Source of the DNA: Eledone cirrhosa
Lineage: Eukaryota
Length of the DNA stretch: 64,000 bases
NCBI GenBank assembly: GCA_964016885.1
Contig: OZ024742.1
Location: 375,658,001 to 375,722,000, forward strand
Direction: 5' to 3'
Position numbers and translations under genes: made by a program. Position 1 is the stretch's first letter; every line of letters begins with the position of its first letter. The notes beneath the pieces were generated by a model. It saw nothing but the letters and a program-made list of their open reading frames with translations, did no database searches and was not told the origin of the DNA. Shown one piece after another: positions 35,301-49,600 of this stretch.

Positions 35301-38300
35301 AAGGTCTCCTGTCTATCTAGACACTCATTAGAGAGCAGGGAGGTATGGAAGGTCTCCTGTCTATCTAGACACTCAGTAGAGAGCAGAGAGGTATGGAAGG
35401 TCTCCTGTCTATCTAGACACTCACTAGAGAGCAGGGAGGTATGGAAGGTCTCCTTCCTATCTAGAAGCTCACTAGAGAGCAGGGAGGTATGGAAGTTCTC
35501 CTGTCTATCTAGACACTCACTAGAGAGCAGGGAGGTATGGAAGTTCTCCTGTCTATCTAGACACTCACTAGAGAGCAGGGAGGTATGGAAGTTCTCCTGT
35601 CTATCTAGACACTCACTAGAGAGCAGGGAGGTATGGAAGGTCTCCTGTCTATCTAGACACTCAGTAGAGAGCAGGGAGGTCTCCTGTCTATCTAGACACT
35701 CACTAGAGAGCAGGGAGGTATGGAAGGTCTCCTGTCTATCTAGACACTCAGTAGAGAGCAGGGAGGTATGGAAGGTCTCCTGTCTATCTAGACACTCACT
35801 AGAGAGCAGGGAGGTATGGAAGGTCTCCTTCCTATCTAGAAGCTCACTAGAGAGCAGGGAGGTATGGAAGTTCTCCTGTCTATCTAGACACTCACTAGAG
35901 AGCAGGGAGGTATGGAAGTTCTCCTGTCTATCTAGACACTCACTAGAGAGCAGGGAGGTATGGAAGTTCTCCTGTCTATCTAGACACTCACTAGAGAGCA
36001 GGGAGGTATGGAAGGTCTCCTGTCTATCTAGACACTCAGTAGAGAGCAGGGAGGTCTCCTGTCTATCTAGACACTGAGTAGAGAGCAGGGAGGTATGGAA
36101 GTTCTCCTGTCTATCTAGACACTCAGGAGAGCAGGGAGATATGGAAGGTCTCCTGTCTATCTAGACACTCACTAGAGAGCAGGGAGGTATGGAAGGTCTC
36201 CTGTCTATCTAGACACTCAGGAGAGCAGGGAGATATGGAAGGTCTCCTGCCTATCTAGAAACTCACTAGAGAGCTGGGAGGTATGGAAGTTCTCCTGTCT
36301 ATCTAGACACTCAGTAGAGAGCAGGAAGTTCTCCTGTCTATCTAGACACTCAGTAGAGAGCAGGGACGTATGGAAGGTCTCCTGTCTATCTAGACACTCA
36401 GTAGAGAGCAGGGATGTATGGAAGGTCTCCTGTCTATCTAGACACTCACTAGAGAGTAGGGAGATAAGGAAGGTCTCCTGTCTATCTAGACACTCAGTAG
36501 AGAGCAGGAAGGTCTCCTGTCTATCTAGACACTGAGTAGAGAGCAGGGAGGTATGGAAGTTCTCCTGTCTATCCAGACACTCACTAGAGAGCAGGGACGT
36601 ATGGAAGGTCTCCTGTCTATCTAGACACTCAGTAGAGAATAAGGAGGTATGGATGGTCTCCTGTCTATCTAGACACTCACTAGAGAGCACGGAGGTATGG
36701 AAGGTCTCCTGTCTATCTAGACATTCACTAGAGAGCATGGAGGTATGGAAGGTCTCCTGTCTGTCTAGACACTCACTAGAGAGCAGGCAGGTATGGAAGG
36801 TCTCCTGTCTATCTAGACACTCACTAGAGAGCAGGGACGTATGGATGGTCTCCTGTCTATCTAGACACTCAGCAGAAAGCAGGGAGGTACGGCAGCTCTC
36901 CTGTCTATCTAGAGACTCACTAGAGAGCAGGGAGGTATGGAAGGTCTCCTGTCTATCTAGACACTCAGGAGAGCAGGGAGATACGGAAGGTCTCCTGTCT
37001 ATCTAGACACTCACTAGAGAGCAGGGAGGTATGGAAGTTCTCCTGTCTATCTAGACACTCACTAGAGAGCAGGGAGGTATGGAAGGTCTCCTGTCTATCT
37101 AAACACCCAGTAGAGAGGAGGGAGGTATGTAAGGTCTCCTGTCTATCTAGACAATCAGTAGAGAGCAGGGAGATATGGAAGGTCTCCTGTCTATCTAGAC
37201 ACTCAGTAGAGAGCAGGGAGGTCTCCTGTCTATCTAGACACTGAGTAGAGAGCAGGGAGGTATGGAAGTTCTCCTGTCTATCCAGACCAGACACTAAGGA
37301 GAGAGCAGGCAGGTATGGAAGGTCTCCTGTCTATCTAGACACTCAGTGAGAGCAGGGAGATACGGAAGGTCTCCTGTCTATCTAGACACTCACTAGAGAG
37401 CAGGGAGGTACGCAAGGTCTCCTGTCTATCTAGACACTCACTAGAGAGCAGGGAGGTATGGAAGGTCTCCTGTCTATCCAGTCACTCACTAGAGAGCAGG
37501 GAGATACGGAAGGTCTCCTGTCTATCTAGACACTCACTAGAGAGCAGGGAGGTATGGAAGGTCTCCTGTCTATCCAGACACTCACTAGAGAGCAGGGAGA
37601 TACGGAAGGTCTCCTGTCTATCTAGACACTCACTAGAGAGCAGGGAGGTACGCAAGGTCTCCTGTCTATCTAGACACTCACTAGAGAGCAGGGAGGTATG
37701 GAAGGTCTCCCGACTATCTACACACCCAGTAGAGAGGAGGGAGGTATGTAAGGTCTCCTGTCTATCTAGACACTCAGTAGAGAGTAGGGAGGTCTCCTGT
37801 CTATCTAGACACTCACTAGAGAGCAGGGAGGTATGGAAGGTCTCCCGTCTATCTAGACAATCAGAAGAGAGCAGAGAGGTATGGAAGGTCTCCTGTCTAT
37901 CTAGACACTCAGGAGAGAGTAGGGAGATATGGAAGGTCTCCTGTCTATCTAGACACTCACTAGAGAGCAGGGACGTATGGAAGGTCTCCTGTCTATCTAG
38001 ACACTCAGTAGAGAGGAGGGAGATATGGAAGGTCTCCTGTCTATCTAGACACTCACTAGAGAGCAGGGAGGTATGGAAGGTCTCCTGTCTATCTAGACAC
38101 TCAGTAGAGAGCAGGGAGGTATGGAAGGTCTCCTGCCTATCTAGAAACTCACTAGAGAGCAGGGAGGTATGGAAGTTCTCCTGTCTATCTAGACACTCAC
38201 TAGAGAGCAAGGAGGTATGGAAGGTCTCCTGTCTATCTAGACTCTCAGTAGAGAGCAGGGAGGTCTCCTGTCTATCTAGACACTCAGTAGAGAGCAGGGA

Positions 38301-41300
38301 GGTACGGAAGGTCTCCTGTCTATCTAGAGACTCACTAGAGAGCAGGGAGGTATGGAAGGTCTCCTGTCTATCTAGACACTCAGGAGAGCAGGGAGATACG
38401 GAAGGTCTCCTGTCTATCTAGACACTCACTAGAGAGCAGGGAGGTATGGAAGTTCTCCTGTCTATCTAGACACTCACTAGAGAGCAGGGAGGTATGGAAG
38501 GTCTCCTGTCTATCTAAACACCCAGTAGAGAGGAGGGAGGTATGTAAGGTCTCCTGTCTATCTAGACAATCAGTAGAGAGCAGGGAGATATGGAAGGTCT
38601 CCTGTCTATCTAGACACTCAGTAGAGAGTAGGGAGGTCTCCTGCATATCTAGACACTCAGTAGAGAGCAGGGACGTATGGAAGGTCTCCTGACTATCTAC
38701 ACACCCAGTAGAGAGGAGGGAGGTATGTAAGGTCTCCTGTCTATCTAGACACTCAGTAGAGAGTAGGGAGGTCTCCTGTCTATCTAGACATTCACTAGAG
38801 AGCAGGGAGGTATGGAAGGTCTCCTGTCTATCTAGACAGTCAGTAGAGCGCAGGGAGGTACGGAAGTTCTCCTGTCTATCTAGAAACTCACTAGAGAGTA
38901 CGGGGGTATAGAAGGTATCCTGTCTATCTAGACACTCAGTAGAGAGCAGGGAGGTATGTAAGATTTCCTGTCTATCTAGACACTCACTAGAGAGTAGGGA
39001 GATAAGGAAGATCTCCTGTCTATCTAGACACTCAGTAGGGAGCAGGAAGGTCTCCTGTCTATCTAGACACTGAGTAGAGAGCAGGGAGGTATGGAAGTTC
39101 TCCTGTCTATCCAGACACTCACTAGAGAGCAGGGACATATGGAAGGTCTCCTGTCTATCTAGACACTCAGTAGAAAGCAGGGAGGTACGGAAGGTCTCCT
39201 GTCTATCTAGAGACTCACTAGAGAGCAGGGAGGTATGGAAGGTCTCCTGTCTATCTAGACACTCAGGAGGGCAGGGAGATATGGAAGGTCTCCTGTCTAT
39301 CTAGACACTCACTAGAGAGTAGGGAGGTATGGAAGGTCTCCTGTCTGTCTAGACACTCAGTAGAGAGCAGGGAGGTATGGAAGGTCTCCTGCCTATCTAG
39401 AAACTCACTAGAGAGCAGGGAGGTATGGAAGTTCTCCTGTCTATCTAGACACCCACTAGAGAGCAGGGAGGTATGGAAGGTCTCCTGTCTATCTACACAC
39501 CCAGTAGAGAGGAGGGAGGTATGTAAGGTCTCCTGCCTATCTAGACACTCAGTAGAGAGTAGGGAGGTCTCCTGTCTATCTAGACACTCACTAGAGAGCA
39601 GGGAGGTATGGAAGGTCTCCAGTCTATCTAGACACTCAGAAGAGAGCAGAGAGGTATGGAAGGTCTCCTGTCTATCTAGACACTCAGTAGAGAGCAGGGA
39701 GGTCTCCTGTCTATCTAGACACTGAGTAGAGAGCAGGGAGGTATGGAAGTTCTCTTGTCTATCCAGACAGTAAGGACAGCAGGCAGGTATGGAAGGTCTC
39801 CTGTCTATCTAGACACTCAGTAGAGAGCAGGGAGGTATGGAAGGTCTCCTGCCTATCTAGAAACTCACTACAGAGCAGGGAGGTATGGAAGTTCTCCTGT
39901 CTATCTAGACACTCAGTAGAGAGCAGGAAGTTCTCCTGTCTATCTAGACACTCAGTAGAGAGCAGGGAGGTAGGGAAGGTCTCCCGACTATCTACACACC
40001 CAGTAGAGAGGAGGGAGGTATGTGAGGTCTCCTGCCTATCTAGACACTCAGTAGAGAGTAGGGAGGTCTCCTGTCTATCTAGACACTCACTAGAGAGCTG
40101 GGAGGTATGGAAGGTCTCCTGTCTATCTAGACAATCAGAAGAGAGCAGAGAGGTATGGAAGGTCTCCTGTCTATCTAGACACTCAGGAGAGAGTAGGGAT
40201 ATATGGAAGGTCTCCTGTCTATCTAGACACTCACTAGAGAGCAGGGAGGTATGGAAGGTCTCCTGTCTATCTAGACACTCAGTAGAGAGCAGGGAGATAT
40301 GGAAGGTCTCCTGTCTATCTAGACACTCACTAGAGAGCAGGGAGGTATGGAAGGTCTCCTGTCTATCTAGACACTCAGTAGAGAGCAGGGAGGTATGGAA
40401 GGTCTCCTGCCTATCTAGAAACTCACTAGAGAACAGGGAGGTATGGAAGTTCTCCTGTCTATCTAGACACTCACTAGAGAGCAAGGAGGTATGGAAGGTC
40501 TCCTGTCTATCTAGACTCTCAGTAGAGAGCAGGGAGGTCTCCTGTCTATCTAGACACTCAGTAGAGAGCAGGGAGGTAGGGAAGGTCTCCCGACTATCTA
40601 CACACCCAGTAGAGAGGAGGGAGGTATGTGAGGTCTCCTGCCTATCTAGACACTCAGTAGAGAGTAGGGAGGTCTCCTGTCTATCTAGACACTCACTAGA
40701 GAGCTGGGAGGTATGGAAGGTCTCCTGTCTATCTAGACAATCAGAAGAGAGCAGAGAGGTATGGAAGGTCTCCTGTCTATCTAGACACTCAGGAGAGAGT
40801 AGGGATATATGGAAGGTCTCCTGTCTATCTAGACACTCACTAGAGAGCAGGGACGTATGGAAGGTCTCCTGTCTATCTAGACACTCAGTAGAGAGCAGGG
40901 AGATATGGAAGGTCTCCTGTCTATCTAGACACTCACTAGAGAGCAGGGAGGTATGGAAGGTCTCCTGTCTATCTAGACACTCAGTAGAGAGCAGGGAGGT
41001 ATGGAAGGTCTCCTGCCTATCTAGAAACTCACTAGAGAACAGGGAGGTATGGAAGTTCTCCTGTCTATCTAGACACTCACTAGAGAGCAAGGAGGTATGG
41101 AAGGTCTCCTGTCTATCTAGACTCTCAGTAGAGAGCAGGGAGGTCTCCTGTCTATCTAGACACTCAGTAGAGAGCAGGGAGGTACGGAAGGTCTCCTGTC
41201 TATCTAGAGACTCACTAGAGAGCAGGGAGGTATGGAAGGTCTCCTGTCTATCTAGACACTCAGGAGAGCAGGGAGATATGGAAGGTCTCCTGTCTATCTA

Positions 41301-43699
41301 AACACTCACTAGAGAGCAGGGAGGTATGGAAGGTCTCCTGTCTATCTAGACACTCAGTAGAGAGCAGGGAGGTATGGAAGGTCTCCTGCCTATCTAGAAA
41401 CTCACTAGAGAGCAGGGAGGTATGGAAGTTCTCCTGTCTATCTAGACACTCACTAGAGAGCAGGGAGGTATGGAAGGTCTTCTGTCTATCTACACACCCA
41501 GTAGAGAGGAGGGAGGTATGTAAGGTCTCCTGTCTATCTAGACACTCAGTAGAGAGTAGGGAGGTCTCCTGTCTATCTAGACACTCAGTAGAGAGCAGGG
41601 ACGTATGGAAGGTCTCCTGACTATCTACACACCCAGTAGAGAGGAGGGAGGTATGTAAGGTCTCCTGTCTATCTAGACACTCAGTAGAGAGTAGGGAGGT
41701 CTCCTGTCTATCTAGACATTCACTAGAGAGCAGGGAGGTATGGAAGGTCTCCTGTCTATCTAGACAGTCAGTAGAGCGCAGGGAGGTACGGAAGTTCTCC
41801 TGTCTATCTAGAAACTCACTAGAGAGTACGGGGGTATAGAAGGTATCCTGTCTATCTAGACACTCAGTAGAGAGCAGGGAGGTATGTAAGATTTCCTGTC
41901 TATCTAGACACTCACTAGAGAGTAGGGAGATAAGGAAGATCTCCTGTCTATCTAGACACTCAGTAGGGAGCAGGAAGGTCTCCTGTCTATCTAGACACTG
42001 AGTAGAGAGCAGGGAGGTATGGAAGTTCTCCTGTCTATCCAGACACTCACTAGAGAGCAGGGACATATGGAAGGTCTCCTGTCTATCTAGACACTCAGTA
42101 GAAAGCAGGGAGGTACGGAAGGTCTCCTGTCTATCTAGAGACTCACTAGAGAGCAGGGAGGTATGGAAGGTCTCCTGTCTATCTAGACACTCAGGAGGGC
42201 AGGGAGATATGGAAGGTCTCCTGTCTATCTAGACACTCACTAGAGAGTAGGGAGGTATGGAAGGTCTCCTGTCTGTCTAGACACTCAGTAGAGAGTAGGG
42301 AGTTCTCCTGTCTATCTAGACACTCACTAGAGAGCAGGGAGGTATGGAAGGTCTCCTGTCTATCTAGACACTCAGAAGAGAGCAGAGAGGTATGGAAGGT
42401 CTCCTGTCTATCTAGACACTCACTAGAGAGCAGGGAGGTATGGAAGGTCTCCTGTCTATCTAGACACTCAGGAGAGAGTAGGGAGATATGGAAGGTCTCC
42501 TGTCTATCTAGACACTCACTAGAGAGCAGGGAGATATGGAAGGTCTCCTGTCTATCTAGACACTCAGGAGAGAGTAGGGAGATATGCAAGGTCTCCTGTC
42601 TATCTAGACACTCAGTAGAGGGCTGGGAGGTCTCCTGTCTATCTAGACACTGAGTAGAGAGCAGGGAGGTATGGAAGGTCTCCTGTCTATCTAGACACTC
42701 AGTAGAGAGCAGGGAGGTACGGAAGGTCTCCTGTCTATCTAGACACTCACTAGAGAGCAGGGAGGTATGGAAGGTCTCCTGTCTATCTAGACACTCACTA
42801 GAGAGCATGGAGGTATGTAAGGTCTCCTGTCTATCTAGACACTCAGGAGAGCAGGGAGATATGGACTGTCTCCTGTCTATCTAGACACTCACTAGAGAGC
42901 AGGGAGGTATGGAAGGTCTCCTGTCTATCTAGACACTCAGGAGAGCAGGGAGATATGGAAGGTCTCCTGTCTATCTAGACACTCACTAGAGAGCAGGGAG
43001 GTATGGAAGGTCTCCTGTCTGTCTAGACACTCACTAGAGAGCAGGGAGGTATGGAAGGTCTCCTGCCTATCTAGAAACTCACTAGAGAGCAGGGAGGTAT
43101 GGAAGTTCTCCTGTCTATCTAGACACTCACTAGAGAGCAGGGAGGTATGGAAGGTCTCCTGTCTATCTGGACACTCACTAGAGAGCAGGGAGGTATGGAA
43201 GGTCTCCTGCCTATCTAGAAACTCACTAGAGAGCAGGGAGGTATGGAAGTTCTCCTGTCTATCTAGACACTCACTAGAGAGCAGGGAGGTATGGAAGGTC
43301 TCCTGTCTATCTAGACACTCACTAGAGAGCAGGGAGGTATGGAAGGTCTTCTGTCTATCTAGACACTCACTAGAGAGCAGGGAGGTATGAAAGGTCTCCT
43401 GTCTATCTAGACAATCAGTACAGTGCAGGGAGGTATGTAAGGTCTCCTGTCTATCTAGACACTCACTAGAGAGCAGGCAGGTATGGAAGGTCTCCTGTCT
43501 ATCTTGACATTCACTAGAGAGCAGGGAGGTATGGATGGTCTCCTGTCTATCTAAACACTCACTAGAGAGCAGGGAGGTATGGCAGGTCTCCTGTCTATCT
43601 AGACATTCACTAGAGAGCAGGGAGGTATGGAAGGTCTCCTGTCTGTCTAGACACTCACTAGAGAGCAGGCAGGTATGGAAGGTCTCCTGTCTATCTAGA

Positions 43700-46600
43700 C
43701 ACTCACTAGAGAGCAGCGAGGTATGGAAGGTCTCCTGTCTATCTAGACACTCACTAGAGAGCAGGGAGGTATGGAAGGTCTCCTGTCTATCTAGACACTC
43801 ACTAGAGAGCAGGGAGGTATGGAAGGTCTCCTGTCTGTCTAGACACTCACTAGAGAGCAGGGAGGTATGGAAGGTCTTCTGTCTATCTAGCCACTCACTA
43901 GAGAGCAGGGTGGTATGGATGGTCTCCTGTCTATCTAGACACTCACTAGAGAGCAGGGAGGTATGGAAGGTCTCCTGTCTATCTAGACACTCACTAGAGA
44001 GCAGGGAGGTATGGAAGGTCTCCTGTCTATCTAGACATTAACTAGAGAGCAGGGAGGTATGGAAGGTCTCCTGTCTGCCTAGACACTCACTAGAGAGCAG
44101 GCAGGTATGGAAGGTCTCCTGTCTATCTAGACGCTCACTAGAGAGCAGGGAGGTATGGAAGGTCTCCTGTCTATCTAGACAGTCAGTAGAGTGCAGGGAG
44201 GTATGTAAGGTCTCCTGTCTATCTAGACACTCACTAGAGAGCAGGGAGGTATGGAAGGTCTCCTGTTTATCTAGACACTCACTATAGAGCAGGGAGGTAT
44301 GGAAGGTCTTCTGTCTATCTAGACACTCACTAGAGAGCAGGGTGGTATGGATGGTCTCCTGTCTATCTAGACACTCACTAGAGAGCAGGGAGGTATGGAA
44401 GGTCTCCTGTCTATCTAGACACTCACTAGAGAGCAGGGAGGTATGGAAGGTCTCCTGTCTATCTAGACATTAACTAGAGAGCAGGGAGTTATGGAAGGTC
44501 TCCTGTCTGCCTAGACACTCACTAGAGAGCAGGCAGGTATGGAAGGTCTCCTGTCTATCTAGAAACTCACTAGAGTGCAGGGAGGTATGGAAGTTCTCCT
44601 GTCTATCTAGACACTCAGTAGAGAGCAGGGAGGTATGGAAGGTCTCCTGTCTATCTAGAAACTCACTAGAGTGCAGGGAGGTATGGAAGTTCTCCAGTCT
44701 ATCTAGACACTCAGTAGAGAGCAGGAAGTTCTCCTGTCTATCTAGACACTCAGTAGAGAGCAGGGACGTATGGAAGGTCTCCTGACTATCTAGACACTCA
44801 GTAGAGAGTAGGGAGGTCTCCTGTCTATCTAGACACTCACTAGAGAGCAGGGAGGTATGGAAGGTCTCCTGTCTATCTAGACAGTCAGTAGAGCGCAGGG
44901 AGGTATGGAAGGTCTCCTGCCTATCCAGACACTCACTAGAGAGTACGGGGGTATAGAAGGTATCCTGTCTATCTAGACACTCAGTAGAGAGCAGGGAGGT
45001 ATGTAAGGTTTCCTGTCTATCTAGACACTCACTAGAGAGTAGGGAGATAAGGAAGGTCTCCTGTCTATCTAGACACTCAGTAGAGAGCAGGAAGGTCTCC
45101 TGTCTATCTAGACACTCAGTAGAGAGCAGGAAGGTCTCCTGTCTATCTAGACACTGAGAAGAGAGCAGGGAGGTATGGAAGTTCTCCTGTTTATCCAGAC
45201 ACTCACTAGAGAGCAGGGACGTATGAAAGCTCTCCTGTCTATCTAGACACTCAGTAGAGAATAGGGAGGTATGGATGGTCTCCTGTCTAGTCTAGACACT
45301 CACTAGAGAGCATGGAGGTATGGAAGGTCTCCTGTCTATCTAGACACTCACTAGAGAGCAAGGAGGTATGGAAGGTCTCCTGTCTGTCTAGACACTCACT
45401 AGAGAGCAGGCAGGTATGGAAGGTCTCCTGTCTATCTAGACACTCACTAGAGAGCAGGGACGTATGGAAGGTCTCCTGTCTATCTAGACACTCAGTAGAA
45501 AGCAGGGAGATATGGAAGGTCTCCTGTCTATCTAGAGATTCACTAGAGAGCAGGGAGGTATGGAAGGTCTCCTGTCTATCTAGACACTCAGGAGAGCAGG
45601 GAGATATGGAAGGTCTCCTGTCTATCTAGACACTCACTAGAGAGCAGGGAGATATGGAAGGTCTCCTGTCTATCTAGATACTCACTAGAGAGCAGGGATG
45701 TATGGAAGGTCTCCTGTCTATCTAGACACTCAGGAGAGCAGGGAGATATGGAAATTCTCCTGTCTATCTAGACACTCACTAGAGAGCAGGGATGTATGGA
45801 AGGTCTCCTGTCTATCTAGACACTCAGGAGAGCAGGGAGATATGGAAGGTCTCCTGTCTATCTAGACACTCACTAGAGAGCAGGGAGATATGGAAGGTCT
45901 CCTGTCTATCTAGACACTCACTAGAGAGCAGGGATGTATGGAAAGTCTCCTGTCTATCTAGACACTCAGGAGAGCAGGGAGATATGGAAGGTCTCCTGTC
46001 TATCTAGACACTCACTAGAGAGCAAGGAGGTATGGAAGGTCTGTCTATCTAGACACTCACTAGAGAGCAGGGATGTATGGAAAGTCTCCTGTCTATCTAG
46101 ACACTCAGGAGAGCAGGGAGATATGGAAGGTCTCCTGTCTATCTAGACACTGAGAAGAGAGCAGGGAGGTATGGAAGGTCTCCTGTCTGTCTAGACACTC
46201 AGTAGAGAGCAGGGAGGTATGGAAGGTCTCCTGCCTATCTAGAAACTCACTAGAGAGCAGGGAGGTATGGAAGTTCCCCTGTCTAGCTAGACACTGACTA
46301 GAGAGCAGGGAGGTATGGAAGGTCTCCTGTCTATCTAGACAATCAGTAGAGAGCAGGGAGATATGGAAGGTCTCCTGTCTATCTAGACACTCAGTAGAGA
46401 GCAGGGAGGTCTCCTGTGTATCTAGACACTGAGTAGAGAGCAGGGAGGTATGGAAGTTCTCCTGTCTATCCAGACACTAAGGAGAGAGCAGGCAGGTATG
46501 GAAGGTCTCCTGTCTATCTAGACACTCAGTAGAGAGCAGGGAGGTATGGAAGGTCTCCTGCCTATCTAGAAACTCACTAGAGAGCAGGGAGGTATGGAAG

Positions 46601-49600
46601 TTCTCCTGTCTATCTAGACACTCAGTAGAGAGCAGGAAGTTCTCCTGTCTATCTAGACACTCAGTAGAGAGCAGGGAGGTATGGAAGGTCTCCCGACTAT
46701 CTACACACCCAGTAGAGAGTAGGGAGGTCTCCTGTCTATCTAGACACTCAGAAGAGAGCAGAGAGGTATGGAAGGTCTCCTGTCTATCTAGACACTCAGG
46801 AGAGAGTAGGGAGATATGCAAGGCCTCCTGTCTATCTAGACACTCACTAGAGAGCAGGGAGATATGGAAGGTCTCCTGTCTATCTAGACACTCAGTAGAG
46901 AGCAGAGAGGTATGGAAGGTCTCCTGTCTATCTAGACACTCAGTAGAGAGCAGGGAGGTACTGAAGATCTCCTGTCTATCGAGAGACTCACGAGAGAGCA
47001 GGGAGGTATGGAAGGTCTCCTGTCTATCTAGACACTCACTAGAGAGCATGGAGGTATGGAAGGTCTCCTGTCTATCTAGACACTCAGTAGAGAGCAGGGA
47101 GGTATAGAATGTCTCCTGCCTATCTAGAAACTCACTAGAGAGCAGGGAGGTATGGAAGGTCTCCTATCTATCTAGACACTCACTAGAGAGCAGGGAGATA
47201 TGCAAGGTCTCCTGTCTATCTAGACACTCACTAGAGAGCAGGGAGGTATGGAAGGTCTCCTGTCTATCTAGACACTCATTAGAGAGCAGGGACGTATGGA
47301 AGGTCTCCTGTCTATCTAGACACTCAGTAGAAAGGAGGGAGGTACGGAAGGTCTCCTGTCTATCTAGACACTGAGAAGAGAGCAGGGAGGTATGGAAGGT
47401 CTCCTGTCTATCTAGACACTCATGAGAGCAGGGAGATATGGAAGGTCTCCTGTCTATCTAGACACTCACTAGAGAGCAGGGAGGTATGGAAGGTCTCCTG
47501 TCTGTCTAGACACTCAGTAGAGAGCAGGGAGGTATGGAAGGTCTCCTGCCTATCTAGAAACTCACTAGAGAGCAGGGAGGTATGGAAGTTCTCCTGTCTG
47601 TCTAGACACTCACTAGAGAGCAGGGAGGTATGGAAGGTCTCCTGTCTATCTACACACCCAGTAGAGAGGAGGGAGGTATGTAAGGTCTCCCGTCTATCTA
47701 GACACTCAGTAGAGAGCAGGGAGATATGGAAGGTCTCCTGTCTACCTAGACACTCAGTAGAGAGCAGGGAGGTACGGAATGTATCCTGTCTATCTAGAGA
47801 CTCACTAGAGAGCAGGGAGGTATGGAAGGTCTCCTGTCTATCTAGACATTCAGCAGAGAGCAGGGAGGTATGGAAGGTCTCCTGTCTACCTAGACACTCA
47901 GTAGAGAGCAGGGAGGTACGGAATGTCTCCTGTCTATCTAGAGACTCACTAGAGAGCAGGGAGGTATGGAAGATCTCCTGTCTATCTAGACACTCGGTAG
48001 AGAGCAGGGTGGTATGGAAGGTCTCCTGTCTATCTAGACACTCAGTAGAGAGCAGGGAGGTATGGAAGGTCTCCTGTCTGTCTAGACACTCACTAGAGAG
48101 CAGGGTGGTATGGAAGGTCTCCTGTCTATCTAGAAACTCACTAGAGTGCAGGGAGGTATGGAAGGTCTCCTGTCTATCTAGACACTCAGTAGAGAGCAGG
48201 GTGGTATGGAAGGTCTCCTGTCTATCTAGAGACTCACTAGAGAGCAGGGAGGTATGGAAGGTCTCCTGTCTATCTAGACACTCACTAGAGAGCAGGGAGG
48301 TATGGAAGGTCTCCTGTCTATCTAGACATTAACTAGAGAGCAGGGAGGTATGGAAGGTCTCCTGTCTGCCTAGACACTCACTAGAGAGCAGGCAGGTATG
48401 GAAGGTCTCCTGTCTATCTAGAAACTCACTAGAGTGCAGGGAGGTATGGAAGTTCTCCAGTCTGTCTAGACACTCAGTAGAGAGCAGGAAGTTCTCCTGT
48501 CTATCTAGACACTCAGTAGAGAGCAGGGACGTATGGAAGGTCTCCTGACTATCTAGACACTCAGTAGAGAGCAGGGAGGTATGGAAGTTCTCCTGTCTAT
48601 CTAGACACTCACTAGAGAGCAGGGAGGTATGGAAGGTCTCCTGTCTATCTAGACACTCACTAGAGAGCAGGGAGGTATGGAAGGTCTTCTGTCTATCCAG
48701 ATACTCACTAGAGAGTACGGGGGTATAGAAGGTATCCTGTCTACCTAGACACTCAGTAGAGAGCAGGGAGGTATGTAAGGTTTCCTGTCTATCTAGACAC
48801 TCACTAGAGAGTAGGGAGATAAGGAAGGTCTCCTGTCTATCTAGACACTCAGTAGAGAGCAGGAAGGTCTCCTGTCTATCTAGACACTCAGTAGAGAGCA
48901 GGAAGGTCTCCTGTCTATATAGACACTGAGTAGAGAGCAGGGAGGTATGGAAGTTCTCCTGTCTATCCAGACACTCACTAGAGAGCAGGGAGGTATGGAA
49001 GGTCTCCTGTCTATCTAGACACTCACTAGAGAGCAGGGAGGTATGGAAGGTCTCCTGTCTATCTAGACACTCACTAGAGAGCAGGGAGGTATGGAAGGTC
49101 TCCTGTCTGTCTAGACACTCACTAGAGAGCAGGGAGGTATGGAAGGTCTTCTGTCTATCTAGCCACTCACTAGAGAGCAGGGTGGTATGGATGGTCTCCT
49201 GTCTATCTAGACACTCACTAGAGAGCAGGGAGGTATGGAAGGTCTCCTGTCTATCTAGACACTCACTAGAGAGCAGGGAGGTATGGAAGGTCTCCTGTCT
49301 ATCTAGACATTAACTAGAGAGCAGGGAGGTATGGAAGGTCTCCTGTCTGCCTAGACACTCACTAGAGAGCAGGCAGGTATGGAAGGTCTCCTGTCTATCT
49401 AGACGCTCACTAGAGAGCAGGGAGGTATGGAAGGTCTCCTGTCTATCTAGACAGTCAGTAGAGTGCAGGGAGGTATGTAAGGTCTCCTGTCTATCTAGAC
49501 ACTCACTAGAGAGCAGGGAGGTATGGAAGGTCTCCTGTTTATCTAGACACTCACTATAGAGCAGGGAGGTATGGAAGGTCTTCTGTCTATCTAGACACTC

